DNA of 64,000 nt, from the IMG/VR virus record IMGVR_UViG_3300031998_000028, positions 32,001 to 96,000 of that record; one strand, given 5' to 3'. Shown here in pieces: positions 34,939-43,573 of the stretch. Position 1 is the stretch's first letter. Every line of letters starts with the position of its first letter. Both the position numbers and the translations under genes were made by a program. Under the pieces are notes generated by a model. It did not search any database, was not told where the DNA came from, and saw only the letters and a list, made by a program, of their open reading frames with translations. Source of the DNA: a virus (taxonomy: Duplodnaviria; Caudoviricetes).

Positions 34939-35169
34939 ATGAATCGTTTGATTGTCGTTGCTATTGGAAACAAAGCTGAAAATAAGATTAGCTTTAAGGT
35001 TGCAAATGATTCGAAGGCGGCGCTTCGTATGGTTACACGGGCTCATGAGGACGGACTTGTGACGGCGGTAGGGGCAATTAATTATACTCACTCTCGTGAG
35101 AAAGCATATGCTCAACTGCGTGCAAATCTTCGTAAAAAGATTTTGGAGAAAGTCGGAGTTAAAATTTGA
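34939..35169 (+). CDS. Small basic hypothetical protein
   Basis: AGGAGG RBS; own promoter. Confidence 0.65.
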   Translation: MNRLIVVAIGNKAENKISFKVANDSKAALRMVTRAHEDGLVTAVGAINYTHSREKAYAQLRANLRKKILEKVGVKI

Positions 35170-35209
35170 TTTTTTCTAAAATTCGTGGTATAATTATTAT
35201 AGAAAGTTG

Positions 35210-35285
35210 AGAGAGACCTTAACTGGTAAGGCGACTGTTCGAGTCAGATAAGAGGATAACCGTAGAGTTCAACTCTCTTCTCTCT
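35210..35285 (+). pseudogene. Degenerate tRNA-like element (possible Ser-CGA)
   Basis: GAGAGA/TCTCTC ends, D-like and T-like arms; weak anticodon stem; no CCA. Confidence 0.3.
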
Positions 35286-35296
35286 TAATTTTATAA

Positions 35297-36179
35297 GGCG
35301 GTGGGTAAATTGGCCCTCGCAGTTAGTGGGACAAAGTAAACAAAACCCACTCGAATGCGCGCGAAATGCTAAGTATCGCGGCAGGGGTTATATATAATGG
35401 GTGTAGCGAAAATAGTCGAAAAGTACCTACACCAAAGGTAATTGTTCTGCCCTTTAAATCTTTTGTATGGGGTACGATTATAGCAGGCTTAGCACTGGAG
35501 AATGGATAATACATACAAAAGTAAGTGTATCTGCGCGAGGGTGGAATACGGTTAAATTTGAGGTTGCGGTCCCAAGTAGCGAAAGCGGAGCTTGGTAAGT
35601 TAGCGAGATACATTTTAAAAAGAAGTTGGGAGGTCTACCTTTCTACCTCCCCTAACTTCTACGAGGTAACCCTCCCAATGGCCGTAGTGCAAGGCGGCAG
35701 AATCGGTAAGACAGGCCTATGGCAGTAACGTCGAGACCGTGAAGTGGTGAGCACATCGTATAGTGAGACGAGAGGTAACGTGAACCATCGTACAATCGCG
35801 CGCCGTAAGTTGGCGGTCGGGTAGACTAAGCCCGATAATAACAAAGCCCATAGGGAGTCATGACCTTTTGGAATATTGGATAAGGAAAGGGGTCCATGTA
35901 AAGATGCGATTCTATACAATAGTGGAGCAGAAACTATAAACGTCATCTGCCGGGTAAGGCCACAGTACCATAAGTTAAGGTTGAGTGGCGGCCATCTATC
36001 GGGTCTAAAAGATAGAAAACTTATCGAAATAACTGAAACAGTAGAGAAGAGAAGAGGATAACAGGTCGCAAGCTCTTACTTGGAGTTGCTAACCAAGAAA
36101 CTGCGGGACTCTGCGCCGCCGCACGCTGTAGTAAGAAGTAGATATGGGGAGAAATCCCGTCACGTGGCGGACGCGTGAC
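35297..36179 (+). ncRNA. Large structured ncRNA candidate 1 (GOLLD/ROOL size class)
   Basis: GC-richer; no credible ORF; 5' end pairs with 36099-36120; many hairpins and GNRA loops; downstream of promoter 35166. Confidence 0.65.
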
Positions 36180-36207
36180 ATAAATAAATAAAAGTTCCGC
36201 AACTTAT

Positions 36208-36283
36208 GGGGGATTGGTGTTAGTGGCAAGCATGGCTGCCTTCCAAGCAGCAGGGGCCGGTTCGAGTCCGGTATCTCCTTCCA
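36208..36283 (+). tRNA. tRNA-Gly(TCC)
   Basis: Cloverleaf; GCTGC-CTTCCAA-GCAGC; CCA. Confidence 0.93.
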
Positions 36284-36358
36284 TAGACCCATACAGCAAA
36301 ACTGTAGAAATGCAATAAAAATATATTGGATATTTATGATTACATTTATAAGGGTCTA
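36284..36358 (+). ncRNA. CAGC-stem (Y-like) RNA copy 1
   Basis: TAGACCC-ATACAGCAA...GGGTCTA. Confidence 0.7.
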
Positions 36359-36402
36359 GTTTATATGGCGCGGTATCCCAATCGGAAGCAGGAAGTGGAC
36401 TT

Positions 36403-37121
36403 TCGTTTTAAACGATGAGAGCGCGCGGATGTGAAAACGCCGCGTGGATGCTGGCTAATTCGGCGAAAGACTCTATGAGTTAACGCCGAGCTAAAATTTG
36501 GAAAACACTTCAAAAAAATATAGTTGTGTCTTCCATTTTCTACTTTATAGTAGAACGGAGGATAAGAAATGAGAACTGATATTTTAGAGAAGCGTGAGCA
36601 AATTCTTACATGGATTGCCGAAGGTAGAACAAAAACTTATATGTGTTAGGAATTGCACTGTAAGCCAGAAACTTTAAATAAATATTTAGAGAAAATGGAA
36701 ATTGTTTATAATGGCAATCAAAGCGGCAAGGGCATACCTAAAGCTAAATATAAATCTACACTTGTTGAATATCTTGCAACAAGTTAGGATATTTAGACAA
36801 ATAAAGTAAGGCTTAAGCTGTTACGAGAAGGTTATAAAGAACATAAGTGTGAGTGTTGTGGTTTAACAACCTGGTTAGATAAGCCAATTCCTTTGGAATT
36901 ACATCACATTGATGGCAACCGACACAATAATACTATTGAAAATTTCATGCTTTTGTGTCCAAATTGTCATGCTTTTACTGACTCATATTGTGGTAAGAAT
37001 AGCGCCAAATAAATGTGTAGAGACTATATACCAGCCTCCTAAGGACGGCGCGCCGTCTATGGAGAAGACATAGTCCAGACTACAACGCAGTAATGCGGCT
37101 ATGGTGACATAGAGTAGTAAG
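36403..37121 (+). mobile_element. Group I intron with HNH homing endonuclease
   Basis: Inserted after U34; IGS GAG pairs with exon CTT (U-G); P7 core AGAGACTA..CATAGTCC; terminal G. Confidence 0.87.
36569..37012 (+). CDS. Intron-encoded HNH endonuclease; code 15
   Basis: CECC..LELHHIDGN..NN..N..LLCPNCH; TAGs at 36647, 36785 and 36794. Confidence 0.87.
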
Positions 37122-37294
37122 AAAATCCATTCAGTATGGGTTCGAATCCCATTCGCGCTACCAAGGATTCTTTTAATCCTCCTTTTTTCAAGTTTCTTTT
37201 TGGATGGGACGCGTACGGCGTGGTGATGAACTGCTGAGGGCGCGCGTCATGTAAGTTGGGCGGGGCGGCTTACAAAAATTTTGAGGTATCCAAT

Positions 37295-37678
37295 ATGAGT
37301 GTTTCTTTATTTATTGCTCTTTTTGTGGGCGGCGGTTTTGTAAATATTTTATTAACCCAAGCAATCAAATAGTTTTATTATAATAGAAATGAAGCAGCAA
37401 GCCCAAACGTAATTGCCCTTGTAAATGCAATTATAATAGGTGGAGGAGGGACTGCTTTTGCCTATTCTTTATTAGGAATTGAATGGTCGCTAAATAATAT
37501 TTTATGTCTTATTGCAATGATGCTATTTGTTTGGATGGGGAGTATGATTGGATATTCCAAAATTTTAGAGACTTATCGCCAATTCCGTACTTGGTAGATG
37601 CAAGTAAATTAGGGAAAAGATATAGTTGATGCAACGCAGGAACTCGTAGATAAAGTAAATAATGAAGAAAACGAATGA
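37295..37678 (+). CDS. Three-TM holin-like membrane protein; code 15
   Basis: GAGG RBS; three hydrophobic segments; three TAGs; TGA stop. Confidence 0.62.
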
Positions 37679-37679
37679 T

Positions 37680-37755
37680 GTGGATGTAGCTTAATTGGTA
37701 AAGCGCCACCCTGCCACGGTGGAGAGTGCGAGTCCAATTCTCGTCATTCACTCCA
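37680..37755 (+). tRNA. tRNA-Gly(GCC)
   Basis: CCACC-CTGCCAC-GGTGG; CCA. Confidence 0.88.
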
Positions 37756-37758
37756 TAT

Positions 37759-37834
37759 GGGCAGTTAGCAAACTTGGTGGATGCGCGCGGTTGAAGCCCG
37801 TGAGAAAGAGGGTCGGTACCTCTACTGCCCACCA
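37759..37834 (+). tRNA. tRNA-Phe(GAA)
   Basis: CGCGG-TTGAAGC-CCGTG; atypical T loop; CCA. Confidence 0.82.
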
Positions 37835-37909
37835 AACCCTATAAATTTTGACTTTTTCTAAAATTTATGATATAATAATTATAGAAAGTTGAGAAAGGGG
37901 AATAAAGAA

Positions 37910-38095
37910 ATGAGTCCGTTTGATGATTTTGATACGCAGCGTCAGTCCGATGAGGACGCTTGGGAGCGTGAGTTCCTTGAGTGGTTCAGCAAGCAGATTT
38001 CTCCGTATAAGGTCTATGAGATTGATTGTGATGACGGTACTCATGGAGACCTTATTTATGAGTGGACTGGCCATCCCGATTTTTCTCTTTCGTAA
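37910..38095 (+). CDS. Small acidic hypothetical protein
   Basis: Promoter at 37848 and RBS. Confidence 0.55.
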   Translation: MSPFDDFDTQRQSDEDAWEREFLEWFSKQISPYKVYEIDCDDGTHGDLIYEWTGHPDFSLS

Positions 38096-38097
38096 TT

Positions 38098-38173
38098 GGT
38101 GCCATCGTCTAGCGGTCAAGGATAGCAGACCCTCAATCTGCTGACACCAGTTCAAATCTGGTTGGCATCACCA
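38098..38173 (+). tRNA. tRNA-Glu(CTC)
   Basis: GCAGA-CCCTCAA-TCTGC; CCA. Confidence 0.92.
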
Positions 38174-38174
38174 G

Positions 38175-39052
38175 CCGTACCTTTAGTCTTTTGAGTTCGA
38201 TAACGAGGAGAAAAGACAGTGAGATTTGAGAGTATTCACTAATCAATAACTCTCCGGCGTTCTGGTGCGTCGTTAAGCTTAAAAAGCCAAACAGCCCTCG
38301 GCGGGTCAAGACACAACGTAAAATAGTTGCCGCCATGTCCAAATGAATGGGTTATGACATTAAACTGTACTCGTTTCCGCGGCTTGGTGCTGCCGCGTCA
38401 AAAAAGTAATCCGGTGGAATAGAAAGTTCGGCCACCTACAAAATAATGGGAACAGTCGCGGGCGCGCGATGGTAAGAAATTACGTATCAAATGTTTTGCC
38501 AACTTCTCTTGGCTGCAAACAAGAGTGCGGTTGTTGCAGCAACCAAAACGTAGACCGGATGCGTTAAGACCGGCGGACATCTCGCCCGTTGAGGAGAGAA
38601 GAGTGGGTAAAAGAGCTAAATCCCACCGCCAGAACATAAGGGCATATGGAATGGTTGGATGCTCGGGGCACCGTGGCCTTTTGCCAACACGGATGATACC
38701 TTGGAGACGTGGGTTCGAACCCCGCCCTGGCGGCTTTGTGGCTGCTGGGTAGTTTAGAAGGTCAAAACACCAGGGACATTAATGGTCGCGTAGGGAACCT
38801 CCTCGTGGTGCGACTGGACGGACAGTAGTATGCGATTACTGAGCCGAGAACTAATTCCCAGATAGTTTCAATCTAATATCGCATAGGATTGAAGTGTACT
38901 CCCCTTAAGCCCAAGGGCGCAGGTTGTGACCAGCGATACAACAGTAACTCGGGATGCGCATGAAATTTCGGCTATAAGGTACACAGCGAGCCGTAGAAGC
39001 AGTACAGCTATCGAATTAAAACTGGGGTAGCGGGCAGTATAATCATACCGCT
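38175..39052 (+). ncRNA. Large structured ncRNA candidate 2, containing a circularly permuted tRNA-like domain (38699-38775)
   Basis: Long-range pairings 38177-38186/38972-38982, 38194-38202/39009-39017 and 38365-38371/39001-39007; no credible ORF. Confidence 0.62.
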
Positions 39053-39057
39053 AATAT

Positions 39058-39134
39058 CGCGCAGTAGTCGAATTGGCGAAGACGCCGGCCCTTCAAGCCG
39101 GAGATTACGGGTTCAATCCCCGTCTGCGTGACCA
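39058..39134 (+). tRNA. tRNA-Glu(TTC)
   Basis: CCGGC-CCTTCAA-GCCGG; CCA. Confidence 0.92.
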
Positions 39135-39210
39135 GTAAGTTTGTCGGTATAATAAGACTTGAAAACCGTCGTTAAAAAGTTTAGCTAATCTTTGAGCTTC
39201 GGCTCTAAAT

Positions 39211-39287
39211 GGGCGAGTACCCCAATTGGGAGAGGGAATAGGCTCAAACCCTATGAAGTGTGGGTTCGAATCCCACCTGGCCTACCA
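39211..39287 (+). tRNA. tRNA-Leu(CAA), short variable loop
   Basis: ATAGG-CTCAAAC-CCTAT; CCA. Confidence 0.85.
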
Positions 39288-39538
39288 ACGTTTTTATGAA
39301 TTGGACGTTAATCAATTCATCGTGTGAGAGGATGGATTTTCAGATTAAACTACCACTGGCGACGCCTCCAATGTCGATATGTGGCACAGTCATTTGAAAA
39401 CACGTTAAACGAAAACGAAAGTAAATCTGAACTAGATCGTGGAGTGATGCGTATGAAAATTACAAAAATCTCCGAAGGCGAGGAAACGCCGATTGGCTAG
39501 TAGAAGACCTGGGCATGTCTTTAAACTGCCTACTATAT

Positions 39539-39614
39539 GGGCTGGTAGCTCTAATGGGAGAGCGTCTGCTTTGCACGCAGAGGGTTGTGGGTTCAAGTCC
39601 CATCTGGTCCACCA
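39539..39614 (+). tRNA. tRNA-Ala(TGC)
   Basis: TCTGC-TTTGCAC-GCAGA; G3-U70; CCA. Confidence 0.92.
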
Positions 39615-39827
39615 ATATGCGCGCCATATCGCATGGGGACGAGGACTGGAGCAACGTCCCAACAGGCATAAATAAATAAAGTCCCCAGGATGTTTTGCGG
39701 TATCAGTACATAACCGCCTCAAGAGCCGAAGTGTTTGTGGGTCTGTGCCTCTTATATGGCAATAGAGAGGAAACGAGAAGGACAAGGCGTGAAATCGGTT
39801 TGAAACGCGAAAAACCCACATCTATAT

Positions 39828-39901
39828 CGCACCGTAGAGGAGCGGTCCCTTGCTAGGTTCATACCCTGGAGACGCAAGTTCGAATCTTGCCGGTGCTACC
39901 A
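39828..39901 (+). tRNA. tRNA-Met(CAT), initiator-like
   Basis: C1/U72 mismatch; CTAGG-TTCATAC-CCTGG; CCA. Confidence 0.82.
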
Positions 39902-39904
39902 AAT

Positions 39905-39979
39905 GCCAGGCTAGCACAATGGAAGTGCAATTCCTTCATACGGAAAAGGTTCTCGGTTCAAGTCCGGGGCCTGGTACCA
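39905..39979 (+). tRNA. tRNA with CAT anticodon (elongator Met or Ile2)
   Basis: TTCC-TTCATAC-GGAA; CCA. Confidence 0.88.
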
Positions 39980-40027
39980 GCGGCAAAGAATAGAACGCCG
40001 TAAACGTAAAAGGGAGGAATTTTACAA

Positions 40028-40333
40028 ATGAAGTATTTTAGTGAAAAAACGAACAAAACTTACGACACCGAAAAAGATTGCCTTTTTGCAGAAGCCGAAT
40101 ATGACAAAGCAATCGCTGAGGAAAAAATTAAAAAGGAAAGACTTAGTACAGAACGTAAGGCGCGCGCGAGCGAGGTCGAAGAAGCATACAAAGCAGTTCT
40201 CGAAGCATCAAAACACTACAGAGAAAAGCTCAATGCTTTTGTAAAAGACTATGGCTCTTTTCATATGACTTTGCGGACTGGGGACGGAAATCCTTTTGAT
40301 TTATTTGATAGGTTTTTTGACCGCTTTTGGTAA
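40028..40333 (+). CDS. Coiled-coil hypothetical protein
   Basis: GGAGG RBS; 101 aa. Confidence 0.7.
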   Translation: MKYFSEKTNKTYDTEKDCLFAEAEYDKAIAEEKIKKERLSTERKARASEVEEAYKAVLEASKHYREKLNAFVKDYGSFHMTLRTGDGNPFDLFDRFFDRFW

Positions 40334-40377
40334 CTAAAAAAGTAGAAGAATTAATTAAAGCTTTTACTTGAAAGTGA

Positions 40378-40532
40378 AAGGCTCAGGCAGCAAAAAATTT
40401 TTTTGTAGGTCTTACCTGCTTCTTGATATTGAAGATATATCACAACTGGATAATATATCGAGTTGTTCCACGTGGGCGCAATCACACGTTAAAAATGGTC
40501 GAGAACGCATTACTCGTAAAAACGTGAGCCTT
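40378..40532 (+). ncRNA. CAGC-stem (Y-like) RNA copy 2
   Basis: AAGGCTC-AGGCAGCAA...GAGCCTT. Confidence 0.6.
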
Positions 40533-40798
40533 GGATACTTAAAATTTGTAATTTCTCAAATTTTATGTTATAATTATTATAGAAAGTGAGAGAGGTACGA
40601 AGTACGAAGGCCTCTTGGCAACAATAACGAAGTATTTACCTCACTTCTGAACTCCGGTCTATCAAACGTAGTGGACACACAGTGCATATCTACGGGGTAC
40701 GCGTTAAAGCGGAGTTTTGGGTAGAATATCATAGGGAATACACCTCATAAAGTCAGTAGCGTCGGGGCTGACTATAATTACAAGCCGGCGCGCCTTAT

Positions 40799-40873
40799 GG
40801 GTCATTAGTCCAATGGCAGAACGGCGGACTGTTAATCCGTATGTTACAGGTTCAAGTCCTGTATGACCCGCCA
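40799..40873 (+). tRNA. tRNA-Asn(GTT)
   Basis: GCGGA-CTGTTAA-TCCGT; CCA. Confidence 0.93.
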
Positions 40874-40880
40874 CATATGG

Positions 40881-40955
40881 TCCCCTATGGTGTAATGGTA
40901 GCATAGCTGGCTCTAACCCAGCAGATACCCGTTCAAATCGAGGTTGGGGGTGCCA
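40881..40955 (+). tRNA. Amber-decoding tRNA (anticodon CTA), probably tRNA-Gln
   Basis: GCTGG-CT-CTA-AC-CCAGC; D arm TGGTGTAATGGTAGCA resembles the tRNA-Gln at 44487; weak 1-72 pair; G73; CCA. Confidence 0.88.
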
Positions 40956-41048
40956 ATAAAGGGGTAGCAAAGGAGTAATTAACCTTTGAGATAATGGCGC
41001 CTCTCACGTCAAGCCCGATAATATATATACTTAGGAGAGGTAAGTATT

Positions 41049-41780
41049 ATGAGTTGCGGCGTTTATAAAATTACCAATTTAATTAATAATCATTGCTATA
41101 TTGGATAGTCTATTTACATTGAACAGCGTTGGCGTAGACATAAATCTAATATTAATAATGCCAATGGAGAAGAATATAACTATCCTTTATATCGAGCAAT
41201 AAGAAAATATGGAATAAGTAATTTTTCTTTTGAAATATTAGAAGAATGTTTATCTTCATAGTTAAATGAAAGAGAACAATTTTATATCTCTTATTATAAA
41301 CCTGAATATAATCAAACAATTGAAGGTCAGATAACTGGTGGTTATATTAAATTAACTCCAATTACGCTTCAATCTCTTAGATAGGATTTATTAGATAATA
41401 AGTTACCTTATCGTGAGTTATCTTCAAAATATAATATTGGATTAGATTGTATTTCTAGAATTAATCAAGGCCATGCTTATCATGATGATAATATAAATTA
41501 CCCGATAAGAAAAGTAAAAAGACTTGAATAGAAATATTGTCCTATTTGTGGAAAACCAATTCAACAAGATTCTACTATGTGCATTTCTTGTTATAATAAT
41601 AGTAGAAGTTAGGCTCCTACAAAAGAAGAATTGTATAATACTTTGGTAAAATTGAACGGTAATTTTACTAAAGCAGGACAGTATTATAATATTAGTGATA
41701 ATGGTGTTCGTAAATGGTGTAAAAAATATGGATTGCCATATCATTCTAAAGACTATAAAAAAATTTTTGAAAGGAAGTAA
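41049..41780 (+). CDS. GIY-YIG homing-type endonuclease; code 15
   Basis: GVYKITN..YIG*S (canonical YIGQS; TAG at 41106)..RW..H..YG..NF.FEILE..ERE..YN; C-terminal CxxC and HTH-like segment. Confidence 0.87.
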
Positions 41781-41784
41781 TATC

Positions 41785-41976
41785 ATGCTCAATAAGTTTG
41801 CTAAAATCTATAACATTAGTCCGAAGCCCGATTCCAAACGTCAACAGTGGCTTCGAGATAATGCGCGTACATATGACAGAGTAGTCTGCGCAGAATGCGG
41901 TGAAGGGCATACAACTCTATATAAAGTTGGCGAGCAGTATTACTGCCTCGAGCATCGAAATAGAGTAGTGTCATAA
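41785..41976 (+). CDS. Small Zn-ribbon protein
   Basis: CAEC..YCLEH; RBS. Confidence 0.55.
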   Translation: MLNKFAKIYNISPKPDSKRQQWLRDNARTYDRVVCAECGEGHTTLYKVGEQYYCLEHRNRVVS

Positions 41977-41987
41977 AGACACAATAT

Positions 41988-42078
41988 GCTGGGATAGTTT
42001 AATGGTAAAACAGCGGGTTTATACCCCGTAGCGCCAGATTAGCGGCTTTTCAGGGTTCGAGTCCCTGTCCCAGTCCCA
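41988..42078 (+). tRNA. tRNA with TAT anticodon (Ile) and long variable arm
   Basis: GCGGG-TTTATAC-CCCGT; ~20-nt variable region; CCA. Confidence 0.8.
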
Positions 42079-42229
42079 CTTGGGAGGAAGAAGAAATTCG
42101 TTATACCTCCGAAGAGTATGCCGTTTAGTATTAAGGAGACTACATTCCGGCCATAATAGAATCAAACTCCGAAAATAGTGGACCTGCGGACGGAGTTTAA
42201 AAAATTAAATCCCGTCCGGCTTTTTATAT

Positions 42230-42305
42230 ACCGGGGTCATATAGTTGGTAAATATGCAAAACTGATAATTTTGTCACGTAGGTTCAAATCCTATCCCTGG
42301 TACCA
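42230..42305 (+). tRNA. tRNA-Ile(GAT)
   Basis: CAAAA-CTGATAA-TTTTG; CCA. Confidence 0.88.
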
Positions 42306-42358
42306 GTGTCCGATTTACCATGGTCAGCCCGTTAGACCTTAAATAGCGGGATAGTTAT

Positions 42359-42433
42359 GGGCGTGTGGCGCAATGGTAGCGCAAGAAACTTTTAATTTCG
42401 AGGTTGTCGGTTCAAGTCCGGTCACGCCCACCA
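42359..42433 (+). tRNA. tRNA-Lys(TTT)
   Basis: GAAA-CTTTTAA-TTTC; CCA. Confidence 0.9.
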
Positions 42434-42436
42434 AAT

Positions 42437-42513
42437 GCGTCCGTCGCCTAATGGAAATGGCAAGTGGCTTCTACCCACTCAAAGTGCGGGTTCGACTCCT
42501 GCCGGGCGTACCA
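42437..42513 (+). tRNA. tRNA-Arg(TCT)
   Basis: AGTGG-CTTCTAC-CCACT; CCA. Confidence 0.9.
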
Positions 42514-42629
42514 GTTCGTGTCCATATATGACGGTCATATCTTTAAGTGAGCAAGAGGTTCGATTCCCTTGGTGTCCGGGTTCGACTCCCGGGCGCGCCT
42601 GGTGGCAATAAATCTTAAAGCACGAATAT

Positions 42630-42704
42630 GCGTCTGTCGTTCAATGGAAAGGACAATGCTCTCCTAAGGCATAAATCAGAGTTCAAATCTCTGCGGGCGT
42701 ACCA
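42630..42704 (+). tRNA. tRNA-Arg(CCT)
   Basis: ATGCT-CTCCTAA-GGCAT; CCA. Confidence 0.9.
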
Positions 42705-42760
42705 AATACTTTTAAGGGGTGATATTATGCTATAAATTCTATGTATAGGAGGATAGTATA

Positions 42761-43060
42761 ATGTCCAGAAGTTACAAACATCATCCTTTTTGCACTGACC
42801 GTAAGCATGGCGCAAAATGGTGGAAAAGTCAAGCAAATCGTAAAGTTCGTCATACTTTTAATATACCTAATGGTAAGGCATATCGTAAAGTTTATAATCC
42901 TTGGAATATTCGTGATTATGTATGGTACGAAAGTCGTCATGGCGCGGCCGCCTGGTACAACCGTTATGTAACAAATGGTTATGATTGGTGGCGTGAGAAG
43001 TACCCTACTTTTGAGGATTATATGAACAACTGTTGGGCGCATGACTTCTATAGAAAATAA
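42761..43060 (+). CDS. Basic hypothetical protein (MSRSYK..K..ANRKVR type)
   Basis: AGGAGG RBS; 99 aa. Confidence 0.7.
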   Translation: MSRSYKHHPFCTDRKHGAKWWKSQANRKVRHTFNIPNGKAYRKVYNPWNIRDYVWYESRHGAAAWYNRYVTNGYDWWREKYPTFEDYMNNCWAHDFYRK

Positions 43061-43119
43061 AAATTTGATAAATCTTAAAAATTATGATATAATAATATTA
43101 GAAAGTGAGGGAAGAACCA

Positions 43120-43287
43120 ATGGGCAGAGATAGACAAGAATTTAAAAAAAGTCCAGAGGAATTAACCGAGTACCTCATGTTTCGGCGCCGCGGCTCAATA
43201 GCCCCTTCCAAAAAGGGCCGCGGTAGCCCATATAAAAGAAACTCAAAACATAAGAAAAGAGAGGAAGAACGTAATGCCTTTTGTTGA
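43120..43287 (+). CDS. ArfA-like ribosome-rescue peptide
   Basis: 55 aa containing FRRR....SKKGRGSPYKRNSKH, similar to ArfA FRQR...KKGKGSYxRKxKH; own promoter at 43065. Confidence 0.6.
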   Translation: MGRDRQEFKKSPEELTEYLMFRRRGSIAPSKKGRGSPYKRNSKHKKREEERNAFC

Positions 43288-43477
43288 TTGCTTTGCCTAC
43301 TGCGGCATTGGCATGAACAAGTGCAAGAACAAGTATTGTTCGGCTAATCCGAACTATACAGCGCCGAAGCCTCGTGTGAAGCCGAAAGGTGGACCCGGCG
43401 CGCCATGTCATACGACTCGTTCTAAAATCCGTAAGGACGATGGACGCGGTTATACGTACTGGCAATTCGAGGATTAA
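43274..43477 (+). CDS. Small Cys-rich basic protein
   Basis: GAGG RBS; 67 aa. Confidence 0.55.
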   Translation: MPFVDCFAYCGIGMNKCKNKYCSANPNYTAPKPRVKPKGGPGAPCHTTRSKIRKDDGRGYTYWQFED

Positions 43478-43495
43478 GCACCGAAAGGTGCATAT

Positions 43496-43570
43496 GGGTT
43501 ACAGGTGTTATGGCGGCATAGCAGACTCTTAATCTGACAGGTCAGGGTTCAAATCCCTGGTAGCCCACCA
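43496..43570 (+). tRNA. tRNA-Lys(CTT)
   Basis: CAGA-CTCTTAA-TCTG; CCA. Confidence 0.88.
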
Positions 43571-43573
43571 AAT

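Larger units (their letters stand above)
36367..37163 (+). tRNA. tRNA-Leu(TAA) interrupted by a group I intron (exons 36367-36402 and 37122-37163)
   Basis: Spliced arm GTGGA-CTT^AAAA-TCCAT; acceptor GGCGCGG/TCGCGCT; ACCA. Confidence 0.88.

Noticed and set aside
38986-39010. Group II intron domain V (GAGCCGTA..TACAGCT)
   Set aside because: Too short, lacks the upper stem and bulge, and there is no domain VI or reverse transcriptase.
38175-39052. Permuted two-piece tmRNA
   Set aside because: It has a full D stem, no G3-U70 alanine determinant, no CCA and no convincing tag peptide. Kept only as an unassigned ncRNA.
35323-39821. Short ORFs listed across the ncRNA and tRNA region
   Set aside because: They overlap tRNAs or structured RNA, lack RBS and have no protein-like features.
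800-41780. Interpreting the many TAG-broken genes as pseudogenes or sequencing errors
   Set aside because: The interruptions are exclusively TAG, in frame and at Gln-conserved sites, with no frameshifts, and a CTA tRNA is present.
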